Positions 16,458 to 25,505 of a stretch of 32,000 nt of DNA are shown here, one piece after another. Made by a program: the position numbers and the translations under genes. The stretch is from Edaphobacter aggregans (lineage in GTDB: Bacteria > Acidobacteriota > Terriglobia > Terriglobales > Acidobacteriaceae). Each line of letters starts with the position of its first letter. The first letter of the stretch is position 1. The stretch covers positions 3,690,001 through 3,722,000 of the forward strand of contig NZ_RSDW01000001.1 in assembly GCF_003945235.1 (NCBI RefSeq), in the 5' to 3' direction. The notes beneath the pieces were generated by a model. It made no database searches and had not been told where the DNA came from. It saw only the letters and a list, made by a program, of their open reading frames with translations.

Positions 16458-17708
16458 ATGAGGTCCTTTCCAGACCGGGTGGTCTATCGTTCGTTCCTGC
16501 GCGCCGGCGGGTTCTTTCTCGCAGCCGTATTCTGGGTTCTTCCGGCGCAGGCGCTTCCTGCGAAAGGCACGCCGGCTCCCTCCCTCACGACGATTCAGTT
16601 ACTGCAAGCTCCAACAAGCGGGCGAAGAGATTGGGATAGTCTGCGAGGAAAAGTGGTGGTGCTGGAGTTTTGGGCTACGTGGTGCGCGCCGTGCATCGCC
16701 AGCCTGCCTCACCTGAACCAACTCGTGGAGGCGCTCGATCCAGCTCGATTTCAATTCATCTCCATCGATGACGAAGACCCGAAGGTGGTGCAAGCATTTC
16801 TCGCGAAGAAGAAGATTGGGGGTTGGGTGGGTGTGGATCGCTCAGGCAGCGTCTTTGCGCGGTATGGCGTGAAGTCGAGGCCGACCACCATTGTTGTGGA
16901 CACGCGGGGAAAGATTGTGGCGGCAACGGAGATGGACAATCTGAATGCTGCTGACCTGGAGGCAGTGGCCGAAGGGAAGAGCGTCGCTTTCAAACCAGCA
17001 ATGGAGATCGTTACGCAGAGTGCTGCCGTTTTGCCGGCAGCCGCGGCTCATCCTTTGTTTTCTGTTTCGTTCAGCAAGGCCGCTCCGGGTTCGAAATTTT
17101 CCATGGTGAAGCATCCGCCGAGCGGAACGGACTTTCTTGGAGTCGACGCAGGAACTCTTTTGACCTACATCTACGATCCGATCGGCGAGCGGACAGTCGT
17201 CGGGAGCCCGTTGCCAGAAGGACTTTACAACTTGCGGGTGGAGTTGGCCGGGGTGCCGGATGCCGAGGCGTCGTCCATTGTCCGAACAGCGGTTTTCTGC
17301 GGATTGCATTTGCAGGTGCAGCCGAAGACGATCACCAAGCGCGAATACATTCTCAGAGCCACGGATGCGAGCCAGCAGCTCTTAAGCCCATCCGCTTCGA
17401 ACGGAAAGGCGATGCGAGGCTACTGGAATGGGAGGCTCGTGATCTCGAAGGGAACGATGGACGATCTCGCCTTTGCGTTGGAAACGGGACTCCAGAATCC
17501 GGTGGTGAACCAAACCGGTATCGAAGGCAAGTTCGATGCGCGCTTCAATTTCAAACCAGAAGATATTGACAGTGCGAATGCCGTGATCAAAAAGACTCTT
17601 GGTCTTGAACTGGTGCCAGGTACTGAGGAGCGGACGGTAACGCTGCTCGAGCTGGTCAAACAGGACGAGGGCCAATTGTGTGCAGCAGAGCCGAAGCAAG
17701 ACAAGTAG
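16458..17708 (+). CDS. Secreted thioredoxin-fold (TlpA/redoxin-like, CxxC) protein fused to a TIGR03435-type (DUF3738) C-terminal domain
   Basis: The track start is GTG 16437. ATG 16458 gives MRSFPDRVVYRSFLRAGGFFLAAVFWVLPAQA (signal peptide). Thioredoxin motif: VVLEFWATWCAPC. The C-terminal half aligns by eye to the TIGR03435 pattern (..GTMDDLAFALETGLQNPVVNQTGIEGKFDARFNF..., ...KKTLGLELVPGTEERTVTLLELV). Confidence 0.75.
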   Translation: MRSFPDRVVYRSFLRAGGFFLAAVFWVLPAQALPAKGTPAPSLTTIQLLQAPTSGRRDWDSLRGKVVVLEFWATWCAPCIASLPHLNQLVEALDPARFQFISIDDEDPKVVQAFLAKKKIGGWVGVDRSGSVFARYGVKSRPTTIVVDTRGKIVAATEMDNLNAADLEAVAEGKSVAFKPAMEIVTQSAAVLPAAAAHPLFSVSFSKAAPGSKFSMVKHPPSGTDFLGVDAGTLLTYIYDPIGERTVVGSPLPEGLYNLRVELAGVPDAEASSIVRTAVFCGLHLQVQPKTITKREYILRATDASQQLLSPSASNGKAMRGYWNGRLVISKGTMDDLAFALETGLQNPVVNQTGIEGKFDARFNFKPEDIDSANAVIKKTLGLELVPGTEERTVTLLELVKQDEGQLCAAEPKQDK

Positions 17709-18084
17709 GCTCGTTCCATAACAGGCTCTCAGAGCGGTTGGCTGATGTAGGTGCAGACCAAGACTGCACTGTAAGCACACGCGATTGCCACATCATGTTG
17801 CTCCCGAGCGTGACGTCTTCTGAGAAAAAGAAGCGGACGATGTGAGTTGTGCGCGGTGGTCTATAGATACCAGTAATTCGGCGTGTTGCTGATTTTGTCA
17901 CTGCGAAAGTTTTTCGAATAACGCGAAAACACCAAGTAATTCACTTGTTTTTGAAGCGTGGCGTTGCTGCGCATCATCGTGTGCCAAACCTAGTGCTCGA
18001 TAAGTTTCGAAAGGTGCAACTTTCGAGTAATAGGTGAGCTAAGCGGGGGACGTTACCGTTGCTTACGAAAGTCATATTGCAGTA

Positions 18085-21000
18085 ATGCCACACCTTGAGG
18101 AACTTATGACAATTACGTCTCCCCGTTCCCTGCAGTCCCTTGTTCCTTCGCTTCTACGGAACCGCAGATCGAAGTTTTTCTTAGTGCTGTTGATGACACT
18201 TGTCACCAGCGTGGCTTACGCGACTCAGGCGCCAACGACGACGGCATTGGCCATCTCGGGAAATACGATTGTCTATCAGCGGCCAGTGATTCTGGCAGCG
18301 ACTGTCACTTCCGGCGGATCGCCTGTCAGCGCTGGGTTGGTGATGTTCTGCGATGCGAGTGCGAAGTATTGCGAGAGCAACACTGCGCTTGCGATGGTTC
18401 AGCTGAATGCGTCCAACGGAGTCGCTATTGTGAAGCTGGGCAGCGGTCCGCTGGGATCGCACAGCTACAAGGCGGTGTATCGCGCGAATAATTCCTATGC
18501 CTCGAGCACGTCGAACACACAGACGTATACGGTCGTGGGAACGTATGGCTCCACGATGGGCCTCACTTCCACGGGTACGGTCGGCGCCTATACGCTCAAG
18601 GGCTCCGTAACAGGAATCGGATCGCTTGTTGCCGGACCGACCGGCACCGTCTCATTTCTGGATACGAGCGTCGGCAATAATTCGCTGGGAACCGAGCCTC
18701 TGGGGACGGCTACGCTCACGAGCGCCTTTGCTCAAGCACCAAACTCGCCGTTTCTGATCGGCAATGACCCTACGAACAAGAGAGATTCTGTCGCGGTCGC
18801 TTCTGCGTATCTCAACTATTTCGACAACAACCTGGATGTGGTGACGGGCGATTCGAACAATGTCATCTCAGTCCTGCTTGGCAATGGCGATGGGTCGTTT
18901 CAGCCGAAGGTGAACTATCCGGGGTGCCCGACTGCGTCGCCGGTTGCGATCAAGATCCTTTTGGCAGATTTCAATCGGGACGGGCTGACGGACATCGCGC
19001 TGGGCTGCTCCGACGGGAGCACGGTGGGCGGACTATCGATCCTTCTCGGCAACAGCGATGGGAGTTTTCAGCCTCCAGTTTCGTACTCCACCGGCGATGC
19101 CGCCGGGCTCGCTTTGGGCGATTTCAATAACGATGGAATATTAGACATTATCCTGACGAATCGCGCGCAGCAGAACGTGACAGTCTTTATCGGAAACGGC
19201 GACGGGACCTTCCAGGCGGCAAATATCGTTCTTGCGACTCCGCAGAAGGTCCATGACATTGTGGTTGCGGACTTCAATGGAGACGGTAACGACGATATTG
19301 CTTACGCGGTGAGCACAACGGGGCTGTCGACTGTATATTTTGCAGCCGGTAACGGTGATGGCACGTTTCAAACGCCGGTGGTCGCTGCAACGAATGTTGG
19401 CGAATTTTTGACCATGGGCGATTTGAACGCCGACAACAAACAGGACATTGTGTCCGCCACGATTACCCAGCCGAGTGGACACTATGTTGGCTACAGCATG
19501 TATGTCCTGATGGGTAATGGCGATGGAACCTTTAAGCCGGCGGTGTCTTATCTTGCCGACTATCCTTCTGATCCGCATATTGCGGACGTAAACGGGGACG
19601 GGAAGCCGGACGTGATAGCAGGAGGAAGCTTCGGCGCGCTGGTGTTTCTAGGCAACGGCGACGGAACATTCCAGAACTATACAGAGCCAGTCATCGGCGG
19701 CTTTGGGCTGACCTATGCCGTGAATGCTGGAGACTTCAACAACGACGGCAATGCAGATTTGATTGGAACGGATGCGCAATCACCTCATGCCGCAGTGGCT
19801 CTTAGCCAGGTGCAGCAGGGAGCGAGCGCCGCCGCACTTGCAGGCGTTGCCGTTTTCCCGCTGGGCAGCGGTACTCACAACGTTGATGCGAGTTACTCGG
19901 GCGACGGGATCTATAGCCCCAATGTCTCATCAACGATTCCGCTTCTGGCTGCACCGACGCCAACGACACTGACGCTCGCTGTGCAGCCGGCCTCGGCAAC
20001 GGTGCCCGGACAGTCGGTGACTCTGACGGCTACGTTGAGCCCCTATACGGTTGGGCCTCCGACGACGACGACGGATGGCGAGACGGTGAAGTTCTATAAC
20101 GGCAATGCGCTGCTGGGATCGGGCACGCTGAGCGGCGGTGTCGCTACGTATACGACAACAGCATTGCCGGCCGGTACCGATACGCTGAAGGCTATCTATC
20201 CTGCGACCGGGGATAAGAATTATCTGTCCAGCACATCGAACACGGTGAACATGACGGTGACGGGAATAGTTGTGTCGTCTTCCGTGAATCCGTCCACGTA
20301 TTTGCAGAACGTGACGTTTACGGCGACGGTGGCGACAGGCGACACGGGCAACGTGATGTTCATGGATGGCACGACGTCGCTTGGTACGCAGGCAATCTCG
20401 GGGACGACGGCGACTTTGAGTTTGAGTACGCTTTCGGTTAATTCGCACAATATTACCGGTGTTTACAACGGGGATGGCAGTCATAGTCCTGCGACTTCGC
20501 CGGTGCTTGTGCAGGTGGTGAATAAGGCGACGCCGACGGTGACGGTCTCGACCAGCGGGGCGAGCTCTTATGGCGACTCGGTGACGATCACTGCGACGAT
20601 TGTGGCAGGAGCCACGGGTACGGTGACGTTCACGAGCGGCGGGGTAACGCTGGGTTCCGCGTCGCTGAATGGATCGGGTGTGGCTTCGATCACGACGAGT
20701 GTGTTGCCGGTCGGGAGCGATTCGATTACGGCGAGCTATCCGGGTGATGGCAATTACACCCAGGCTAATGGCTCGGTGACGCAGACGGTTGGGCAGAAGG
20801 CTGTGAGTCCAACGCTGACGTCGTCCGCGAATCCGTCGAAACAGGGAAGCTCTGTCACGTTTACGGATACGCTGCCGACAGGGGCGACGGGTACGGTTGC
20901 GTTTTCGAGCAATGGAACGTCGCTGGGCACGATTGCTGTGAACAATGGCGTGGCGACGGTATCGACGTCGACGCTTCCGGTCGGTAGTGACGCTATTGTC

Positions 21001-24000
21001 GCGGTCTATAGCGGTGATACGAACTACAGCACGGCTACTTCGAATCTGCCCCAGACGGTTAACAAGGCGACGCCTTCGATGACGGCAACGACCTCGGGAG
21101 CGAGTACGTATGGAGCGTCGGTTACGCTGACCGCGACTCTGACGGGTGGTGCGGGCGCCGGTGTTACGGGTTCGGTGGCTTTCACGGATGGCGCATTGGC
21201 GCTGGGCACGGGAACTGTGAGTGCTGCGGGTATTGCGACGATCTCAACTACGGCGTTGCCGACGGGAAGCTCTACGATCACCGCGACGTACAGCGGTGAT
21301 GCGAATAATGCCGGAACGACAGCCACTGTAGCCCAGGTGGTGTCGACGGCGACGACGACGGTGAATGTTGCGGCGACCGGTGCGGGTGCTTACGGCGCTA
21401 CGGTCACCATTACAGCGACCCTGCCGACGGGGCCGACTGGGAATGTGACGTTTACTAGCGGCGGAGTGACTCTGGGCACTGCGGCTGTTGGGTCAACTGG
21501 TACGGCAACGATAACGACGACTGTGCTGCCCGTGGGTACCGATACGATTACGGCGAACTACGGCGGCGATACGAACTACGGCTCGGCGAGTGGGACGACG
21601 TCGGTGACGATGACGAAGATTTCGCCGACGATGACGCTTGGGTCTTCGCTGAATCCGAGTATCTATGGCCAGTCTGTGACCTTCACTGCAACACTGCCAA
21701 CGAGTACGACTGGCACGGTTACATTTGCGAGCGGCGGCACGACGTTCGGCACGGGGACAGTGGTGAATGGTGTTGCGACGGCGTCAACGACGAGCTTGAC
21801 GGTTCCGAGCGACGTGATTAACGCGACCTACAACGGAGATGGGAACAATAGCACGGCTACGGCGACGCTGACGCAGACGGTGAACAAAGCTACGCCTGCG
21901 GTGACTGTGTCGACTCCGGGGCCAACCACGTATGGCAGTTCGGTAACGATTACGGCCTCCGTACCGGCGGGTGTGACGGGAACGATCACGATCACTAGCG
22001 GTGGTGCAAACCTGGGCACGGGAACTGTGAGCGCCGCGGGGGCGGTGACGGTGACGACTACGGCGCTGCCTGTTGGAAGCGATACGATCACGGCCGACTA
22101 TAGCGGAGACGCGAACAACAATTCGAATTCGGGATCGACGACGCAGGTGGTGTCGGCGGCGACAGCTACGGTGAATGTGTCGACCTCGGGGCCGAGCAAC
22201 TATGGCGATCCGGTGACGATTACGGCCACCGTTCCCACTGGGGAGACGGGCACCATAACGATCACGAGTAATGGCGTGACACTCGGAATGGGCACTGCAA
22301 CCGCAACCGCGGGGACGGTGACGGTGACGACGTCGACGCTTCCTGTAGGCAGCGATCCGATTACTGCGACCTATGGCGGAGATAGCAACCATAGTTCGGC
22401 TACGGCAACAACGACTCAGGTTGTGTCGAAGAAGGCGCCGACGGTGGGGATTGCGTCATCGCTGAATCCGTCTACGGTGAATCAGTCTGTGACGTTTACA
22501 GCGACTGTGTCGAACAACGCGACAGGGACGGTTACATTTTTGGATGGTGCTACTTCTTTGGGCACCGGGACGCTGGCTGGGGGCACTGCGACGTTTGCTA
22601 CATCAACGTTGTCAGCGGGTTCGCACACGATCACGGCGTCTTATGGCGGGGATACGAATAATGGCTCCGCTACTTCGGCGGCTCTGACGCAGACGGTGAA
22701 CAAGCAGGATCCAACGCTGCCGGCTCCGACTGTGTCGTCGACTACCATTACGCTGGGTGGGTCGGAGACTATCACTGAGACGGTGCCGACTGGGGTGTCC
22801 GGGCCGGTTACATTCTCTGAGGGTGGGACCGTTATCGGTACGGCGCCGGTTGTGGGTGGAGTCGCGAGTATTACGGTGACGACGCTGCCGGTTGGTTCTG
22901 ATCCGATTACGGCGAGCACGCCTGGCGATGCGAACAACAATCCGGCTACTTCGCCTGCAACGATTGTTACGGTCAACAAAGGGACGCCGACTATCGGGCT
23001 TAGCTCTTCGCTGAATCCCTCGGCGTCCAATCAGCCGGTGACGTTCACCGCGACCGCGCCAACGGGAGCGACGGGGACGATCAACTTCCTGGATGGCTCG
23101 ACTCCTCTCGGGACGGGGACGTTGGCGAATGGTCAGGCGAGCGTCACTGTCCCAACGATGACGGCTGGGACGCACACTATCACGGCGAGCTATGCAGGTG
23201 ATTCGTCGTACACCGCTGCGACGTCTGCGCCTCTGATACAGACGGTCAACAAAGGAACGCCCGTGTTGACGGGGCCGGTTGTCTCGTCGCCGACGATACC
23301 CTACGGTGGCACGGAGACGATCACGGAGACAGTGCCTCCGGGAGTGTCTGGACCGGTTACGTTCACTGATGGCGGGACGGTGATCGGAACGGCGCCAATC
23401 GTAGGTGGGGTCGCGACGATTACTGTGACGACGCTGCCGATTGGAAGCGATCCGATTACGGCGAGCACGCCTGGCGACGCGAACAATAATCCGGCGACTT
23501 CGCCAGCGACGACGGTGACGGTGACGAAGCTGACGCCGGTGCTGCCGCCGCCGACGGTGTCGTCGACCACGCCTCCGCCGAATACTCCGGTGACGATTAC
23601 GGAGACAGTGCCGACGGGAGTGACCGGGACGGTTACATTCTCTAACGGTGGGACGGTACTTGGCACGGCTCCGATTGTAAGTGGAGTTGCGACGATCACG
23701 GTGCCTTCGCTGCCGCTGGGTGCGAACCCAATCACGGCAAGCACGCCGGGCGATGCGACCACCAATCCTGCTACTTCACCTGCGACGACGGTGACCGTAG
23801 GGAAGACAACTCCCACGGTGACGTTGACTTCGTCGTCGAGTTCGTCGAACGTCAACCAGTCGGTTACGTTTACGGCGACGCTTCCTGCTGGTGCTAGTGG
23901 CACGGTGACCTTCCTTGATGGGACGACGGTTCTTGGAACGGGTACTGTGAGCGCTGCCGGTGTCGCGACGTTCAGCACCGCTAACCTGACGACCGGAACG

Positions 24001-24912
24001 CACACGATCACTGCTTCCTATGGGGGGAATGACAGCTATACGGCGGCGACGTCCGCTCCGTTGACTCTGGTCGTGGGCAAGGCGGTGACGACAATTACGC
24101 TGACGCAGAGCCAGCCTACGGAGCTGCTAGGCACCTCGGTGACGTTCACGGCCACGGTGGCTGCGGGAACGCCTACTCCTACGGGGACGGTCTCGTTCCT
24201 TGATGGGACGACGGTTCTCGGGACGGCTCCGCTGAGTACGAATGGCACTGTGGTCTCGTTCGTGCTGTCGGGTAATGCGAACTATGCGACGAGCACGCTG
24301 ACGACGGGAACGCACACGATCACGGCGACGTATTCGGGCGATACCGGCTTCGGGACCAGCACATCGGCACCTGTTACGAACATCGTGCAGGACTTCACGT
24401 ATACGGTGACCGGTACGAAGACGCAGAACATCTTCCCCGGTGATACGACGAGCTTTACGTTCAGCGTGACACCGGTGGGTTCGACGACCTTCATGAGCGA
24501 TTTGACGATGGATATCGATGGCCTGCCGAAGGGTACTACTTACACCTTCTCGCCGGCGAAGATTGCTGCCGGGAGCGGTACGACGACCGTTACGCTCAAC
24601 GTTACGACGAGCAGCACGCTGACTGCAGCGAACCGGGTCCCGGCGGGAACGCCAACGCCTCGACGGGGCGCTCCGATTGCTCTTGGAGTGCTTGGGCTGC
24701 TTGGTCTGGGTGCTGTCCGCAGGCATGGGCGCAAGATGCCACGCATGCTGATGGTGCTTCTGTTGTTCCTTGGCACGCTGCTGCCGGTTGCTGCGCTGAG
24801 TGGTTGCGCTGGCGGTTATTTCACGCTGACTCCGACGACCTATTCGGTTACTGCTACGGGTACCGAGGGGACGATTCAACATTCCGCAACCGCGACTCTG
24901 GTCGTGCAGTAG
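18085..24912 (+). CDS. Giant secreted surface protein: 2 Ig-like domains, FG-GAP/VCBS beta-propeller, about 17 tandem Ig-like (Big_3-type) domains, unusual double-helix C-terminal module
   Basis: Single 2275-aa ORF. The likely start is ATG 18106 (GAGGA 5 nt upstream). Signal peptide: RNRRSKFFLVLLMTLVTSVAYA. See the sub-features and findings. Confidence 0.9.
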   Translation: MPHLEELMTITSPRSLQSLVPSLLRNRRSKFFLVLLMTLVTSVAYATQAPTTTALAISGNTIVYQRPVILAATVTSGGSPVSAGLVMFCDASAKYCESNTALAMVQLNASNGVAIVKLGSGPLGSHSYKAVYRANNSYASSTSNTQTYTVVGTYGSTMGLTSTGTVGAYTLKGSVTGIGSLVAGPTGTVSFLDTSVGNNSLGTEPLGTATLTSAFAQAPNSPFLIGNDPTNKRDSVAVASAYLNYFDNNLDVVTGDSNNVISVLLGNGDGSFQPKVNYPGCPTASPVAIKILLADFNRDGLTDIALGCSDGSTVGGLSILLGNSDGSFQPPVSYSTGDAAGLALGDFNNDGILDIILTNRAQQNVTVFIGNGDGTFQAANIVLATPQKVHDIVVADFNGDGNDDIAYAVSTTGLSTVYFAAGNGDGTFQTPVVAATNVGEFLTMGDLNADNKQDIVSATITQPSGHYVGYSMYVLMGNGDGTFKPAVSYLADYPSDPHIADVNGDGKPDVIAGGSFGALVFLGNGDGTFQNYTEPVIGGFGLTYAVNAGDFNNDGNADLIGTDAQSPHAAVALSQVQQGASAAALAGVAVFPLGSGTHNVDASYSGDGIYSPNVSSTIPLLAAPTPTTLTLAVQPASATVPGQSVTLTATLSPYTVGPPTTTTDGETVKFYNGNALLGSGTLSGGVATYTTTALPAGTDTLKAIYPATGDKNYLSSTSNTVNMTVTGIVVSSSVNPSTYLQNVTFTATVATGDTGNVMFMDGTTSLGTQAISGTTATLSLSTLSVNSHNITGVYNGDGSHSPATSPVLVQVVNKATPTVTVSTSGASSYGDSVTITATIVAGATGTVTFTSGGVTLGSASLNGSGVASITTSVLPVGSDSITASYPGDGNYTQANGSVTQTVGQKAVSPTLTSSANPSKQGSSVTFTDTLPTGATGTVAFSSNGTSLGTIAVNNGVATVSTSTLPVGSDAIVAVYSGDTNYSTATSNLPQTVNKATPSMTATTSGASTYGASVTLTATLTGGAGAGVTGSVAFTDGALALGTGTVSAAGIATISTTALPTGSSTITATYSGDANNAGTTATVAQVVSTATTTVNVAATGAGAYGATVTITATLPTGPTGNVTFTSGGVTLGTAAVGSTGTATITTTVLPVGTDTITANYGGDTNYGSASGTTSVTMTKISPTMTLGSSLNPSIYGQSVTFTATLPTSTTGTVTFASGGTTFGTGTVVNGVATASTTSLTVPSDVINATYNGDGNNSTATATLTQTVNKATPAVTVSTPGPTTYGSSVTITASVPAGVTGTITITSGGANLGTGTVSAAGAVTVTTTALPVGSDTITADYSGDANNNSNSGSTTQVVSAATATVNVSTSGPSNYGDPVTITATVPTGETGTITITSNGVTLGMGTATATAGTVTVTTSTLPVGSDPITATYGGDSNHSSATATTTQVVSKKAPTVGIASSLNPSTVNQSVTFTATVSNNATGTVTFLDGATSLGTGTLAGGTATFATSTLSAGSHTITASYGGDTNNGSATSAALTQTVNKQDPTLPAPTVSSTTITLGGSETITETVPTGVSGPVTFSEGGTVIGTAPVVGGVASITVTTLPVGSDPITASTPGDANNNPATSPATIVTVNKGTPTIGLSSSLNPSASNQPVTFTATAPTGATGTINFLDGSTPLGTGTLANGQASVTVPTMTAGTHTITASYAGDSSYTAATSAPLIQTVNKGTPVLTGPVVSSPTIPYGGTETITETVPPGVSGPVTFTDGGTVIGTAPIVGGVATITVTTLPIGSDPITASTPGDANNNPATSPATTVTVTKLTPVLPPPTVSSTTPPPNTPVTITETVPTGVTGTVTFSNGGTVLGTAPIVSGVATITVPSLPLGANPITASTPGDATTNPATSPATTVTVGKTTPTVTLTSSSSSSNVNQSVTFTATLPAGASGTVTFLDGTTVLGTGTVSAAGVATFSTANLTTGTHTITASYGGNDSYTAATSAPLTLVVGKAVTTITLTQSQPTELLGTSVTFTATVAAGTPTPTGTVSFLDGTTVLGTAPLSTNGTVVSFVLSGNANYATSTLTTGTHTITATYSGDTGFGTSTSAPVTNIVQDFTYTVTGTKTQNIFPGDTTSFTFSVTPVGSTTFMSDLTMDIDGLPKGTTYTFSPAKIAAGSGTTTVTLNVTTSSTLTAANRVPAGTPTPRRGAPIALGVLGLLGLGAVRRHGRKMPRMLMVLLLFLGTLLPVAALSGCAGGYFTLTPTTYSVTATGTEGTIQHSATATLVVQ
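18790..19800 (+). other. FG-GAP/VCBS repeat region (integrin-alpha-like beta-propeller) of the giant protein
   Basis: Six GN(G/S)DG(S/T)F motifs alternate with DxNxDGxxD-type motifs (ADFNRDGLTD, GDFNNDGILD, ADFNGDGNDD, GDLNADNKQD, ADVNGDGKPD, GDFNNDGNAD), plus one degenerate first blade. Confidence 0.8.
19945..24390 (+). repeat. Tandem array of about 17 Ig-like domain repeats (about 90 aa each) inside the giant gene
   Basis: The recurrent pattern is ..V(T/S)(F/L)TAT(L/V)P.G.TGTVTF..G...LGT..L..GVA...T..LP.G.D.ITA.Y.GD.N......T.TV.K. I counted 17 units by the Y/T-x-GD motif. Confidence 0.8.
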
Positions 24913-24923
24913 GAGAGATACCG

Positions 24924-25505
24924 ATGCATCTTGCAAGAATTGCGCTACTCGTCTTTTTGCTCGCTTCACCCTGGGCGCTCCATGCTCAGGGTGGGATGTT
25001 GAGCGGGACAGAAGATATTTCCAGGCTGGAGGCCGGAGGGAACTATAACTATTTTCATGCGAACGCACCTCCGGGACAGTGTGGGTGTTTCGGGATGAAT
25101 GGCGGCAGTGGGACGTTTCTGATGAACGTCACACCAAAGTGGAGCGCGGTTGCCGATATCGCTTACGCGCACGCGAGCAATGTGAATGGTACGGCCCAGA
25201 ACATCACGATCATCAACTACCTGTTTGGGCCTCGCTATACGCGACGCATGAGGAGCCGCTATGTTCCTTATGGACAGGTTCTCTTCGGCGGTGCGAAGGA
25301 GGATGTTAATTTTCAATTCACCATCAATCGGCAATCGTTCGGGCTGCTGGGTGGCGGTGGGGTGACGACCCGGTTGAAGCGGAAGTTCGGATTGACTCTT
25401 ATCGAGGTCGACTACGTTTACACGAGGATTCCGAATGCGACGAACAATACGCAGAACAATCTGCGGATCGTGACCGGTGTGACGTATCACTTCGGTGCGC
25501 GCTAG
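24924..25505 (+). CDS. Small outer-membrane beta-barrel protein (OmpW/OMP_b-brl-like), 12 nt downstream of the giant gene
   Basis: The track ORF starts at 24804, inside the giant gene. I prefer ATG 24924 (GGAGAG SD), giving the signal peptide MHLARIALLVFLLASPWALHAQ. It has alternating beta-strand pattern and a C-terminal ..VTGVTYHFGAR. Its TAG overlaps the stop of convergent hemY (CTAG at 25502-25505). Confidence 0.7.
   Translation: MHLARIALLVFLLASPWALHAQGGMLSGTEDISRLEAGGNYNYFHANAPPGQCGCFGMNGGSGTFLMNVTPKWSAVADIAYAHASNVNGTAQNITIINYLFGPRYTRRMRSRYVPYGQVLFGGAKEDVNFQFTINRQSFGLLGGGGVTTRLKRKFGLTLIEVDYVYTRIPNATNNTQNNLRIVTGVTYHFGAR

Noticed and set aside
17740-18062. Sigma54-like motifs upstream of the giant gene (TGGCTGATGTAGGTGCA at 17740; TGGCGTTGCTGCGCA at about 17958; GGACGTTACCGTTGCT at about 18047)
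   Set aside because: All have GG-to-GC spacing off by one or two nucleotides, and sigma54 spacing is strict.
19930-24011. Several 180-240-aa minus-strand ORFs (19930-20484, 21784-22392, 22612-23175, 23301-24011) with repetitive V/T/P or R-rich sequence
   Set aside because: They mirror the Ig-repeat coding strand. Their repetitiveness derives from the sense repeats, and none has independent start or SD support.
24804-24923. N-terminal extension of the OM barrel ORF overlapping the giant gene
   Set aside because: ATG 24924 has a GGAGAG SD and yields a canonical signal peptide. The extension lies inside the giant gene's coding frame.
24127-25068. 313-aa Arg-rich minus-strand ORF
   Set aside because: It is antisense to the 3' end of the giant gene and the start of the OM barrel gene. 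Its composition (R/S/H/Q) is artefactual.
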